DNA of 64,000 nucleotides, from the sequence record MZ443769.1, one strand, 5' to 3'. Below the pieces are notes generated by a model, which was given only the letters and a program-made list of their open reading frames with translations, searched no databases and was not told where the DNA came from. The position numbers and the translations under genes were made by a program. This document shows positions 1 through 9,982 of this stretch, piece after piece. Positions within the stretch are counted from its first letter, which is position 1, and every line of letters begins with the position of its first letter.

Positions 1-1497
1 ATGGAAATGTTTTCGCTTGGCCTTGAAATCAGGGCCATCCGAACTATCACCAACTCTGATATAAAGTCAGCATACAGAACGGTCATGATGGGACGTCTGT
101 CTGTTGCTCATTTCAGTAGTGAGGTCACTCGTAAGTCTTTCCGCCGTCTGTCGAAGATGGTAGAAGTACGAAACGAAATACTTGATTGGGAAGATTTGCT
201 GGAAGACCCGAACTTGGACGAAGAGTTCAGGGATAGTCTGCGTGAAGCAGATGAAGTACCAGCGAAAGGCATGAAAGGATTCGACAAGATATTCGACGCG
301 CTTGAGAAATACAGGCAGCGCCGTGATATCATGAACATCGGCAAGAAGATTGCAAAAGACTTTGAAGAGGCTGATACAGAAGACTTCGACGAACAGCTTT
401 ACATGCAGACGCTTGGCGATAAACTCAATCAAGCCCAGAAGGGCACACGCTCCACAGAAAAGGTTTGGACGTTTGGTGGCAAGAAGTCTAATGCTATGAA
501 ACTCGCCAAGCAAGTAATCAACAACCCGAAAGAAGTGATGTACAAGACTGGCTTTAAATCGTATGACGACAAGAACGGCGGTTGGCCTACTACTGGTGTC
601 GTACTGTTAGCTGGTTCTACTTCTGGCGGTAAGTCCGTGTTGTCTATGAACGTTGCAGACAACATGGCGAACATCAACGGTATTCACTGTTTGAAAGTGA
701 CACTTGAGATGACCGCCGAACAGGAAATGAAACGTATGCTCTCGATGATGAGTGGCATACCGTTCTGGAAGATCAAGCAGGGTAAACTGAGCGGTCGTGA
801 GAAGAAAGAACTTCTCAAAGCGATGGCGAAGTATGACAAAACAATCCGCAAGAACAAGGGACGTAACTCGTTTACTTCTCCTGAGCGCGGCATGTCGATT
901 GATGACGTGTTGTATATGTCTATCCCGTATGGCGTTCACGTAACCTTCATCGACTACGTTGGTCTGTTAGAAGGTATCGACAACGATAACCAGTGGCGCG
1001 AACTATCAACCGTTGTTCGTAAAGCGAAAGTACATGCGAATGCGACAGGTCAGCTTGTTGTTATTCTGTGTCAGCTTGATGATCAGTCTGGTCGTATCCG
1101 TTACTCTGGTGGTATGCGTGAGCACGCCGACGTTGTGTGGGCTTGGAACTATTCAGACCCAGAAGTACGTGAAGGTAAGATCATTCCTGTTCAGGTAATG
1201 AAAGCGCGTGACGGTGAGCTGTTTGAAATGGCTCTGCAAGATGCGTTTGAAGTCATGCAAGTTAAAGACACGGCAGAAGGAACTGTGGTTCCTCAGAAAT
1301 CTTCTGCTATCGCTTCTGATGACGTCCCTTCTGGTAAAAAGAAATTCGGGAAAGGTAATTTCAAGAAAGATAAGATTGAGATTAAGAAGTCTCGTCGTGG
1401 TGCTGCTGCATTCCTTAGCACAGGTAATGAGCCTGATGACGAAGACGACGACCTTCCGAAGAAGAAGAAAAAGCGTAAGTCCTACGCTGTTTCATAA
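1..1497 (+). CDS. DnaB-like replicative helicase (5' end may lie upstream of the window)
   Basis: Walker A AGSTSGGKS, TLEMT, Walker B FIDYVGLL, ILCQL and KARDG arginine-finger region; Lys/Asp-rich C-tail. Confidence 0.9.
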   Translation: MEMFSLGLEIRAIRTITNSDIKSAYRTVMMGRLSVAHFSSEVTRKSFRRLSKMVEVRNEILDWEDLLEDPNLDEEFRDSLREADEVPAKGMKGFDKIFDALEKYRQRRDIMNIGKKIAKDFEEADTEDFDEQLYMQTLGDKLNQAQKGTRSTEKVWTFGGKKSNAMKLAKQVINNPKEVMYKTGFKSYDDKNGGWPTTGVVLLAGSTSGGKSVLSMNVADNMANINGIHCLKVTLEMTAEQEMKRMLSMMSGIPFWKIKQGKLSGREKKELLKAMAKYDKTIRKNKGRNSFTSPERGMSIDDVLYMSIPYGVHVTFIDYVGLLEGIDNDNQWRELSTVVRKAKVHANATGQLVVILCQLDDQSGRIRYSGGMREHADVVWAWNYSDPEVREGKIIPVQVMKARDGELFEMALQDAFEVMQVKDTAEGTVVPQKSSAIASDDVPSGKKKFGKGNFKKDKIEIKKSRRGAAAFLSTGNEPDDEDDDLPKKKKKRKSYAVS

Positions 1498-1506
1498 GGA
1501 GTCCGT

Positions 1507-1767
1507 ATGGACGTCGATTCAATCGAGTGGCTTCCGTTTGATAAAGCTGCTCAAGAAAACATAGACAAAGATTTCGTCTATTACATACGCACCAGGGACG
1601 GTGCAGTATATTCTGGCATGTATCCCAATTACATTGGCTTCCACTGTCAGAACCCTGGAGAGGGTCGTCGCGTAGCAATGTCTGACGTTACAGACTATTC
1701 GCAACAAATGTCTTTCGACGATCACGCAGACGAGTTTGTATTCGGTCATGACAACAAAAAAGTTTGA
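1507..1767 (+). CDS. hypothetical protein
   Basis: AAGGAG RBS before ATG; fills the gap between helicase and next gene. Confidence 0.7.
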   Translation: MDVDSIEWLPFDKAAQENIDKDFVYYIRTRDGAVYSGMYPNYIGFHCQNPGEGRRVAMSDVTDYSQQMSFDDHADEFVFGHDNKKV

Positions 1768-2551
1768 AGGACCGTACGGCCTCGTTGAGACTGCCCAACT
1801 AATTCCCCGCTGGACTTACCCGATCAAGCACGGTCAGGTGAAGAGTGTTGATGCGTGGGAATTAAATACGTTAGAAAACATTGTAACGCCTGTTCGCATG
1901 ATTAACGATATTCATGTGATGCACAACAGAGAGTATGAGGACAATGAAGATGCAATCGACCTCGACGAAGACGCAGAAGCGCTGTCAAAGACTGAATCAA
2001 GACTTCTTATCAAGCCTCGACTCAATCAAATCCGAGCGCGTGGCAAGCAAGATCACATTAGTCCTGAAAACGTCTTCGACGTTGACTCGGAAGTAATCGA
2101 TCAAACGATAGACACAATCAACGATCAGGCTGCGAAGTTCCGCAAGCACTTCTTAGATTCTGTGTTTAGTCCAATACTTGGTTACGACATTGCAGCGGGT
2201 GAAGCCGAAGCGATTGCGCGTGACTGTCTTAAAACCGACTTAGAGATAGACAGCGAACTCGTTCCGTATATCGAACGTATCGGCCTTGCCAACATCATCG
2301 GTAGTATGATGGAAGAAAGCAAGTCAGTGCCCGAAGCTGTTCGTGCTGACGTACTCAAAGACTGGCTTATCAAGTCGTTCGATGATATTCGTGCAGACCT
2401 CAAAGGCGATAAAACTTTCCACAAGATGAAAGCGCAGATGCGCAGACTGATGCACGGCAATGATGAACTCGTTGCTAAAGGTACAGGCATCGGTACAACT
2501 CGTGGTATGTCAGAAGTGAGAAACAGACAAAAAGAAAATGGCCAAGCCTAA
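1748..2551 (+). CDS. hypothetical helical protein (position would fit a terminase small subunit)
   Basis: Long ORF overlapping the terminase start; function inferred from position only. Confidence 0.55.
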   Translation: MTTKKFEGPYGLVETAQLIPRWTYPIKHGQVKSVDAWELNTLENIVTPVRMINDIHVMHNREYEDNEDAIDLDEDAEALSKTESRLLIKPRLNQIRARGKQDHISPENVFDVDSEVIDQTIDTINDQAAKFRKHFLDSVFSPILGYDIAAGEAEAIARDCLKTDLEIDSELVPYIERIGLANIIGSMMEESKSVPEAVRADVLKDWLIKSFDDIRADLKGDKTFHKMKAQMRRLMHGNDELVAKGTGIGTTRGMSEVRNRQKENGQA

Positions 2552-5369
2552 GAAGGGCCCCGCCTTCACACTACGTCCTAAACGAATAGCTGCATTCGAT
2601 GCGCTGCTTGGCGATGACGTTGGTGTGGAGGAATCCTCAGACTTAGACTTCCTGTCTGATAATAATTCAAGTGGTATTAACTTCCTTGAGAAGGGTGAGA
2701 CAAACATTGTTGACTTGGTTGAGAGTGCTCTTGAACAGCGCACACTTGTACCACGCGACTTGAAGTTCGATGATAGCTCAATGCCTCGTGCAAAGAACTT
2801 CCTCGAATGGTGTACTAGCCCGGACTTCTTGAAAGCTGAACCGTATCTTGAGCAGGCCATGATCGGCCTTCGCTTGTTCGGAGAGATCTGTGTACGATGT
2901 TCCCCGAACTTGCAATGGCAACATACAGAAAACCACGAGCCGCAGGAAGGCGTCGCTGCTATTGAGAGGAATCTTCATCTTCTCCATAACGGTGTATGCC
3001 CTCACTGCGGCGCTCGGCGTTCTGACATGATAAAAAAGGGAGAGATGAACTTCTACAACGAGCTGGCCGTGAATGCCGGACAACGTTGTGTTAGTGCTGC
3101 AACTCCTGTGACAACGCATAACGGTATCATGCCTATCGGTCATATGATGATTGGTCATGACAGCCCAGGTTTCCACAAACCGCGTAACAAGTATCGTGCC
3201 CACAACGGACGTGAGATAAAGAAAGTCAGTCAAGTCTATGTGTCTACTGAAAGCCCGACACGTATCATTACGCTGTCTAACGGTATGCACTTAGAAGCAA
3301 CACACGAACATCCTCTGCGTACTGAAACAGGCTTTAAGAAAGCGCTTGTGATTGCAGAAGGTGAACGTGTAGAAGTTGCTCTCGGTATAAACTCGTGGGG
3401 CAAGATCATTACGCCTGTATCTATCTATGATGCTGGCCAGTCTACCCGTGAAGATGCCTTGCGATATCTGACTGACAGATCGCTTCCGTTTAACAGCGGT
3501 TATATGTACGTCACTGACGACGAGAACGTTGCTCAGATGGCGTGGTCGATTCTGATTAACGCAGGCTACCTGCCACAGATTAATCGTGACGACACGAAGA
3601 ACGAGTACAGCATTCTGTTTGATCTCAATGCAGAGTGTTTGAGACGTTCTGTGCATCTGCCTGTGATATCGAATGCAGAAGGTGAAACGAAAGTAACGTA
3701 TGACTTGCAGATGGAGGGAATGCCGCAGTTCGTGGCGTCAGGTCTTATTCATCATAACAGCGGTAAGTCCGTCGTTGTTGCAATGATCTCAACGTATCTA
3801 ACGCATCGCCTGCTTATGTCGCAATCACCGACAGGCATCTTGGGTATCAGTAGCACAACTGTTCTTCACGGAACGTTCGTTGCTCTTACTCAGAAGCAAG
3901 CGTCTGATACACTGTGGACTCCGTACTTCAACTACGTGATGGGTAGTCCGTGGTTCCAAGCATATCATGATCTGATTCGCAGACACGAACGCAAGTTCGG
4001 TATTGAAGTGATGAAGGTTCGTGATACGTTCATTCTTTATGGTCATCGTAGTTTCGTTATTTATCCAGCAGGACCTGATGGTCGTATTCTTCGTGGTCGT
4101 ACACGTATACTCAGCGTAATCGACGAAGTGGCGTATTTCGATAACGACGCCCAATCCAAGAAAATCAAAGTCAGTGCCAACGCTGTATACGGCGCACTCG
4201 ACCGCTCACTCGCTACTGTTCGATCAGCAGAGAAGCGGCAAGTCGAGGCCGGATATGACGAAGCCTTCACGGGTTACTTCTGCAACATCAGTAGCCCGGT
4301 ACACGCTCGTGACAAAATCAACGAGCTGTTGCGTATGGCTTTAGGTAGTAAGACTCTGTTAGGCATTCATGCGCCGACGTGGAAGATGAACCCAACCATG
4401 CCGCGTGATAGTGAGTTCCTGATAGAAGCATTCCGTCGTGACCCTGTAGGTGCAGCGCGTGACTATGGTGCAGAAGCTCCGTTGTCTGCAAGTCCGTTTA
4501 TCACTCAGCCTACATTCATCTCAGATGCAATACGTGAGAAGGGTCGTAACCTGTGTCAGTACACGCATCATATCATTCGTCACAAAGACGGTGAGAGACA
4601 GCGTTACGGTAGTCTCGTTAAAGCTGCTTCGACAACTCGCGCTTCTATTCTCGCAATCGACGCAGGTTATTCGAATAACAGTTTTGCTTTGGTGACAGGC
4701 TCACGCGGTGATGATGGTATTATCAGCGTAGACTGTCTGGTTGAGATTGTGCCTAAGCCAGGTATACCTCTCAACTACACAATGATATTTGACGAACTGC
4801 TTATTCCTCTTTGTAAGTTGCGTAACGTGCGCGTGATGCTTGCCGACCAATGGCAGTCACTCAAGTTGCTACAGGATGCTAAACTCAAAGTTGAATCCAT
4901 CGAAGAATCTGATCAGTACAGCCTGAAATATCAGGACATGTGGACAGTGAAGACGATGTTTGAATCGCAGCCGTCTCGCATTAGTTTGCCTCGCATGGTG
5001 AACACTGCGAATATCAATGAGACGTTGCAGTATGATGGTGATGAATATCCTCAGTGCTTTGAGAACAAGCCTACTGAACACTTGATCATGCAGTTGCAGA
5101 CAGTGCAAGATACTGGCCGCAGCGTTATCAAGAACACAGGTGCAACAGATGACTTGTGGCGTGCAATGGCTCTCATGGTATACGGGTTCGAATGCGGTGA
5201 GTACGAAGACTACCTGATTAAAGCAGCGGAGACTTCTATCAACCGTGACCCGAATCGTCTTGGTCGTGTAGCGCACAGACTCAACTCAGGCACAGCGAGC
5301 ACAACACGCGCTGCTCTTCCTGGTCGAGTGCTAGGTTCAGCCGCTACTCGTATGCTTGGACGTAAGTAG
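2538..5369 (+). CDS. terL: terminase large subunit, intein-containing
   Basis: Walker A GQR|SGKS split by an intein, Walker B VIDEVAYF, nuclease motif ILAIDAGY, DDLWRAMAL; upstream of portal-like gene. Confidence 0.88.
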   Translation: MAKPKKGPAFTLRPKRIAAFDALLGDDVGVEESSDLDFLSDNNSSGINFLEKGETNIVDLVESALEQRTLVPRDLKFDDSSMPRAKNFLEWCTSPDFLKAEPYLEQAMIGLRLFGEICVRCSPNLQWQHTENHEPQEGVAAIERNLHLLHNGVCPHCGARRSDMIKKGEMNFYNELAVNAGQRCVSAATPVTTHNGIMPIGHMMIGHDSPGFHKPRNKYRAHNGREIKKVSQVYVSTESPTRIITLSNGMHLEATHEHPLRTETGFKKALVIAEGERVEVALGINSWGKIITPVSIYDAGQSTREDALRYLTDRSLPFNSGYMYVTDDENVAQMAWSILINAGYLPQINRDDTKNEYSILFDLNAECLRRSVHLPVISNAEGETKVTYDLQMEGMPQFVASGLIHHNSGKSVVVAMISTYLTHRLLMSQSPTGILGISSTTVLHGTFVALTQKQASDTLWTPYFNYVMGSPWFQAYHDLIRRHERKFGIEVMKVRDTFILYGHRSFVIYPAGPDGRILRGRTRILSVIDEVAYFDNDAQSKKIKVSANAVYGALDRSLATVRSAEKRQVEAGYDEAFTGYFCNISSPVHARDKINELLRMALGSKTLLGIHAPTWKMNPTMPRDSEFLIEAFRRDPVGAARDYGAEAPLSASPFITQPTFISDAIREKGRNLCQYTHHIIRHKDGERQRYGSLVKAASTTRASILAIDAGYSNNSFALVTGSRGDDGIISVDCLVEIVPKPGIPLNYTMIFDELLIPLCKLRNVRVMLADQWQSLKLLQDAKLKVESIEESDQYSLKYQDMWTVKTMFESQPSRISLPRMVNTANINETLQYDGDEYPQCFENKPTEHLIMQLQTVQDTGRSVIKNTGATDDLWRAMALMVYGFECGEYEDYLIKAAETSINRDPNRLGRVAHRLNSGTASTTRAALPGRVLGSAATRMLGRK
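3087..3758 (+). mobile_element. 224-aa intein in terminase Walker A, endonuclease degenerate or partial
   Basis: Starts CVSAATPV, block B LEATHEHPL, ends GLIHHN followed by +1 Ser; removal restores AGQRSGKS. Confidence 0.92.
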
Positions 5370-5415
5370 GTTAGCTTAGTAATTTGAATGAGTTAACCTC
5401 AAGAGGATTTAAATC

Positions 5416-5628
5416 ATGACCAGATTCTACAACCCATTGCTTGAAACAACTGTAAAGTCACAGTCTAGCGCAGACAAGGTTAAGAGTGAGAGTTCAGCAT
5501 TCAATGTTGATAACCCGAACTTCTGTCCTAAGTGCGCTTCTGCAACTGTACCGACCAAGTTACTTGACGGCGAAGATGTTATGTATTGCACATCATGCCG
5601 CGTGAGTCTTGCTATTCCTTTGAAGTGA
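5416..5628 (+). CDS. small zinc-ribbon protein
   Basis: CPKC...CTSC; GAGGA RBS. Confidence 0.75.
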   Translation: MTRFYNPLLETTVKSQSSADKVKSESSAFNVDNPNFCPKCASATVPTKLLDGEDVMYCTSCRVSLAIPLK

Positions 5629-5635
5629 GGTCAAA

Positions 5636-7576
5636 ATGGGCATTCGAGTAGGACGCCAACAAAACGGCGAATCACAAGAATCAAACAAGAAGAAAGAACG
5701 GTCAGCGACTGGTTCTGCTTCACTACCTCGCGCAGTCGGAGAAGCTATACGAAGCCAAAGCTCGAAGTCTCAGATGCGTTTTGTGTCAGAGTCTTCGGGC
5801 GCGGGTGCTTCTGCTGGTAACATGCAAGTAGGTACTGTCCCTCTTGATATCGACTTAGAGCCGATGATGGAAGGGATGGACTACGAAGCTGATGACCGAC
5901 AGCTTTTCAACGTCTATCGAGATATTTACCACTTCGACCCGATCTGCGGATCGTATGTCGATTTGTTCTCAACGCTTCCGTTCTCTGACGTTAGTTTCAG
6001 CGGCGCGAAAGACAGCGTACTCGAACCGTATTACGAAGTGAACGAACGTCTGTCACTGACAACCAGTATGCCGAACATCACAACTGATATTCAGGTTACT
6101 GGTGCGTTCTGTGGTTCGATGCTGTACAACAAAGATCGTAAGAAGTTCATCGATCTGATGACGCACCGCTACGATAACATTGACGTTACTCCAATCCCGT
6201 TCTTGTCGCAGGACCCGATGTTCGAACTGCGCATTCCACAGTACGTTAAGCAAGCCTTCGCAAAAGACGGCAAGCGCATTGACGCACTAAAGAAAGAACT
6301 CGGTCAGTCATTCGTTGATAAACTTGTTAACGATGTGACGATGGAGCTTGACCCGATTGGTACTATCTACATCCCGCGTAAAACATTCAGCTTCGGCGAA
6401 GGTATCTCTGTCTTCCGTCGCGTTCTGCCTATCTGGCTGATCGAAAAGAACCTGTATCGCGGTACGTTGATTGAATCAGGTCGTCGTCAACGTGGTATTC
6501 TTCACGCTCAGTTAGGTGATGGTGATCAGTGGGAGCCGTCTCAAGAAGAGATGGACTTCATGACAGACCTGTTGCTGTCTGCTGATAGTGACCCAATCGG
6601 CTCGATCATCACAACACGTCTCGGCGTGAACATCAGTGAGTTCCGTCAGGGTGGGGACTTCTGGAAGATTACTGATATCTGGGACCAGACTGCTACATTC
6701 AAAATGCGAGCAATGGGTATCAGTGAAGCATTCCTTAGTGGTGAAGCGAACTATGATTCCGGTGCTGCTGGCCTGACGATTTTCGTTGAAGCTATGCGAG
6801 CGTTCCGTGATCATCTGACGCGCAAGATCTACTACGAGAAAGTATTTCCCGTTATCAGCCTGATGAATGGTCTTGCTGTTCAGCGTAACGGTAAGATCAT
6901 CAAGAAGAACGGTATGATGGACGGAGGTTTAACTGAAATCATGTACAGACTGAATGACGGCAGCAAGCTGTTTATTCCGAACGTACACTGGTCTAAGCAA
7001 CTGCGTCCTGACGTTGATCAGGCGATGATGGAAAACCTTCGTGCTATGACGGAGCTGGGTGTTCCTGTTCCGCTTCGTGCTATCGCTGCTGCTGGTGGTT
7101 ATAACTTTGATCAGATTCTCATGGATCAAGATGAAGACCTCGCAATGCGTCGTAAGATTATGGCGTACAAGAAACGCATGGCAGAAATCGACAAAGAGTT
7201 TGCTCTGCCTGAAGGTGGCGCAGAAGGTGCTGATAGTTTCAGTTCTGTTAGCTCTCTGTCTAAAGATGCGAAGCGCGATCTCAAACGCCGTCAGCAACAC
7301 ATCGCTGGTGTTGGTCTGTCAAGTGCTGTACTCGGCGGTGAACGTCGTAAAGGCTTGAAGCGCGACTACGGTGAGCACTCTGAAATCTTCGAAGTCGGTA
7401 AGACAGGTAAGAAGAAGCACGTCTTCCGCCAGAACGTTGCTAACTCCAAAGCTAACGATGCAATCTGGAAAGCTGCGAAGAACTACGAAGCCAACAAAAC
7501 AATGCCGCTGGATAATGGTAAGGTATCATTCGAACCAACTCAGCAAGAAATTAGGGCAATGTCGAGGGTCCGTTAA
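5636..7576 (+). CDS. probable portal protein
   Basis: 646 aa, two genes after terL; MRAMGISEAFLSGEANY resembles the portal 'ALGVPxxFL' segment. Confidence 0.65.
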   Translation: MGIRVGRQQNGESQESNKKKERSATGSASLPRAVGEAIRSQSSKSQMRFVSESSGAGASAGNMQVGTVPLDIDLEPMMEGMDYEADDRQLFNVYRDIYHFDPICGSYVDLFSTLPFSDVSFSGAKDSVLEPYYEVNERLSLTTSMPNITTDIQVTGAFCGSMLYNKDRKKFIDLMTHRYDNIDVTPIPFLSQDPMFELRIPQYVKQAFAKDGKRIDALKKELGQSFVDKLVNDVTMELDPIGTIYIPRKTFSFGEGISVFRRVLPIWLIEKNLYRGTLIESGRRQRGILHAQLGDGDQWEPSQEEMDFMTDLLLSADSDPIGSIITTRLGVNISEFRQGGDFWKITDIWDQTATFKMRAMGISEAFLSGEANYDSGAAGLTIFVEAMRAFRDHLTRKIYYEKVFPVISLMNGLAVQRNGKIIKKNGMMDGGLTEIMYRLNDGSKLFIPNVHWSKQLRPDVDQAMMENLRAMTELGVPVPLRAIAAAGGYNFDQILMDQDEDLAMRRKIMAYKKRMAEIDKEFALPEGGAEGADSFSSVSSLSKDAKRDLKRRQQHIAGVGLSSAVLGGERRKGLKRDYGEHSEIFEVGKTGKKKHVFRQNVANSKANDAIWKAAKNYEANKTMPLDNGKVSFEPTQQEIRAMSRVR

Positions 7577-7914
7577 TGTATCGCTTTCAAACATGTCCTG
7601 TTGAAGGTGAAGCGACGAGGGTGGTGTATCGCCACCCTAACTTCTCCGATTATGGTCTTGCGTTAAACGTTGATCGTGATGGTGAGCAGGATTCCATTAC
7701 GTGTAACATCGTTACTGGTGTAATTGATGGTTCGTCAAAGCTTGAGATACTGACTGATCATTCTGTTCCGCTTGATGTGCAAATCTGGGCTTTTGCAGCC
7801 ATGAACCGCATACGCAATTCTGTAAATACAGATAGCAGTCTCAATCTTGATGCGCTGTTCCCAAACAATGGCGGCATCGTATATTATACCGTAAATCAGG
7901 AGAGTACATCGTGA
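7576..7914 (+). CDS. hypothetical protein
   Basis: TAATG coupling to portal stop. Confidence 0.65.
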   Translation: MYRFQTCPVEGEATRVVYRHPNFSDYGLALNVDRDGEQDSITCNIVTGVIDGSSKLEILTDHSVPLDVQIWAFAAMNRIRNSVNTDSSLNLDALFPNNGGIVYYTVNQESTS

Positions 7915-8294
7915 GTGGATTATTCCCGCACAACGTTGTTGAACAGAAAGAAGGTTTCGTTTTCATCGTTGCGCCTGCTGACGAAGACGACGAAAATGCA
8001 GTAGAGCTTGCCTCACAGGCTCAGTCAATCCTCGAAGATAGCTGGCAGCAAGCGCCTTCGAATTTGACAGCGGAAGAAGTGCGCGATCCTGAAGAAGCAG
8101 AACTGATCTACGCAGACGCGGTTCAGTTGCTGGAAGAAGCAGACTTCGAAGAGTGTGCTCAGTTCTTAATCACTGGCGTCATCGTCATCGGCAAACTGGT
8201 AATCGTTAACGCGATCATGGCCGGTGAAGATATCGAAGACGAAGAGGGTGATGAAGATGATTCCCTTGAGGCCGACGAAGACGACTTCGCCTAA
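7911..8294 (+). CDS. highly acidic hypothetical protein
   Basis: AGGAG RBS, GTG start; Asp/Glu-rich throughout. Confidence 0.7.
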   Translation: MSGLFPHNVVEQKEGFVFIVAPADEDDENAVELASQAQSILEDSWQQAPSNLTAEEVRDPEEAELIYADAVQLLEEADFEECAQFLITGVIVIGKLVIVNAIMAGEDIEDEEGDEDDSLEADEDDFA

Positions 8295-8300
8295 TGTTTG

Positions 8301-8326
8301 TAGAGAGGATCTTCGGGTCCTCTCTA
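8301..8326 (+). terminator. strong UUCG hairpin (terminator or RNA processing/stability site)
   Basis: TAGAGAGGATC-TTCG-GGTCCTCTCTA, 11-bp stem with one G-U; weak U-tract. Confidence 0.55.
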
Positions 8327-8337
8327 ATCTTACAGAC

Positions 8338-8460
8338 ATGAACGTTGTGTTAGCAGTGAAGTATCTTGCGAACATGCCTCACGACAAAGCGAAAGCATTG
8401 CTTGCATCACTGCGTAATGAGGAAGTAACTCAACTCTACAACTTCTCGGTACCACAATGA
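8338..8460 (+). CDS. small hypothetical protein (40 aa)
   Basis: ATG after the hairpin, in frame with track ORF 8224..8460; stop overlaps next start. Confidence 0.45.
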   Translation: MNVVLAVKYLANMPHDKAKALLASLRNEEVTQLYNFSVPQ

Positions 8461-8945
8461 CTACACTCAATGAGGAGCAATCCTCAGATAGCGCAAGGCA
8501 TCGCATCTTTTTCCGGCAGCCGAAACGAGTACCCTCCTTCGATACAGCTTTCATAAATGCTTCTCACAAAGAAGGTATGAAGCTGCTTCTCTCGGCTGCT
8601 CCTGAACATTGTCAGATCATTGTGTTCACGGACGGCATCGGTGCTGCTTACGCCATGAAACGCCTCTTTAAGCGAAACTTCCATCTGAATTCTTTTGCTC
8701 TGCAATACGATCTGCGCACTCTAACGTTCACAGGTCAGGTCGCATATCAGTTCGTATGCGGTGGCTCTGTGCGTGACCCGTTATCTCGTTACTTCTGTGC
8801 TGGTGATTCTTACTTGCATGAGATGGGTCAGAGTACACCCGGTTCCGAAGACGTGATTGATATGTTCTGCCTCGGTCAGAAGTTTCATGATGCGTTAGTT
8901 AAAAGAGGACGTGGGCGCTCTCTCGTATTTGCGGAGGAACAATGA
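8457..8945 (+). CDS. hypothetical protein
   Basis: ATGA overlaps at both ends. Confidence 0.65.
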   Translation: MTTLNEEQSSDSARHRIFFRQPKRVPSFDTAFINASHKEGMKLLLSAAPEHCQIIVFTDGIGAAYAMKRLFKRNFHLNSFALQYDLRTLTFTGQVAYQFVCGGSVRDPLSRYFCAGDSYLHEMGQSTPGSEDVIDMFCLGQKFHDALVKRGRGRSLVFAEEQ

Positions 8946-9973
8946 GTAGATCATTTGACTCGATAGGCAAGACGCCTACACCCGGGTCAGGTATCCCACC
9001 AATGAAGATTAAGTACGGTAAGAAGCCTATGCTTCACATCGTTGATGCTTCGAACTGGATGTGTCGTGCGTACTTCGCTACACAGAAATATCCAACGTAT
9101 GCAAAAGACGGTACTCCTACTTATGGCCTGCGCCAGTTCTTGTTCATGGCTCAGACGTTAATCGACATTGCAAACAAAGACCCGAACGGTCCATACTTAG
9201 CTTTCTGCTTCGACCCAGGTTCTAACGAAACGTGGCGTTACCGTGCTATTCAGCAATGGGCAGAAGATAAGAAAAAGAAATACATTCGTCAGGTGTTTCC
9301 CAAGAGCAGCGACTATAAGGGCAATCGTGATCGCTCTAAAACGCAAGAGCTTGGGATTCAGATGACGATGGCTCGGGACATTCTATCACACGCTGGTTAT
9401 TACGTTGGACTTAAACGTCCGTACGAGTGTGATGATGTTGTCGGTACGTTGAGCGACCGCTTCAAGCTTGATTACTTGATCAAGCTGTATTCGCGTGATA
9501 AAGACTACGTGCAACTTGTAGACGACAAGAACGTTGAGCTTATCATGCAAGCACAGTCGAATGCAGAAGAACGTCGGTTCACACTCAAAACATCGAGAGA
9601 CTTCTTCGGCGTGCCTGCTAACCGTGTCATTGATATGCTTGCTCTGTGTGGTGATGGTGTGGATAACGTGCCAGGACTTCCTGGTATGGGTGAGAAGACT
9701 GCGACTGCACTTATTCATAAGTACGGAAGTGCTCTCGAAATTCGTGACGCATTGCTCAGTGGTAAACTCAAATCCAACGCATCTTGGGCGAAAGCACTTA
9801 CGCTCAAACAACCTGCGATGGACATAGAACTGATGCTTGAGCTGGTGACGATTGATCGTAACGTCCCGACTCTGCCTCAATCAATCGAAGCGTTCAGCCC
9901 TAAAGCTGCAAACAACATTGTCCTCAAACAATTGAAGAAACAGCTTGGTCTGAAAAAACTACTACACGTCTAG
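8942..9973 (+). CDS. 5'-3' exonuclease / flap endonuclease (PolI N-terminal, phage RNase H type)
   Basis: IVDASNWMCRAYFA, YECDDVVGTL, SRDKDYVQL, LCGDGVDNVPGLPGMGEKTA (H3TH). Confidence 0.93.
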   Translation: MSRSFDSIGKTPTPGSGIPPMKIKYGKKPMLHIVDASNWMCRAYFATQKYPTYAKDGTPTYGLRQFLFMAQTLIDIANKDPNGPYLAFCFDPGSNETWRYRAIQQWAEDKKKKYIRQVFPKSSDYKGNRDRSKTQELGIQMTMARDILSHAGYYVGLKRPYECDDVVGTLSDRFKLDYLIKLYSRDKDYVQLVDDKNVELIMQAQSNAEERRFTLKTSRDFFGVPANRVIDMLALCGDGVDNVPGLPGMGEKTATALIHKYGSALEIRDALLSGKLKSNASWAKALTLKQPAMDIELMLELVTIDRNVPTLPQSIEAFSPKAANNIVLKQLKKQLGLKKLLHV

Positions 9974-9982
9974 AGGTTCACT

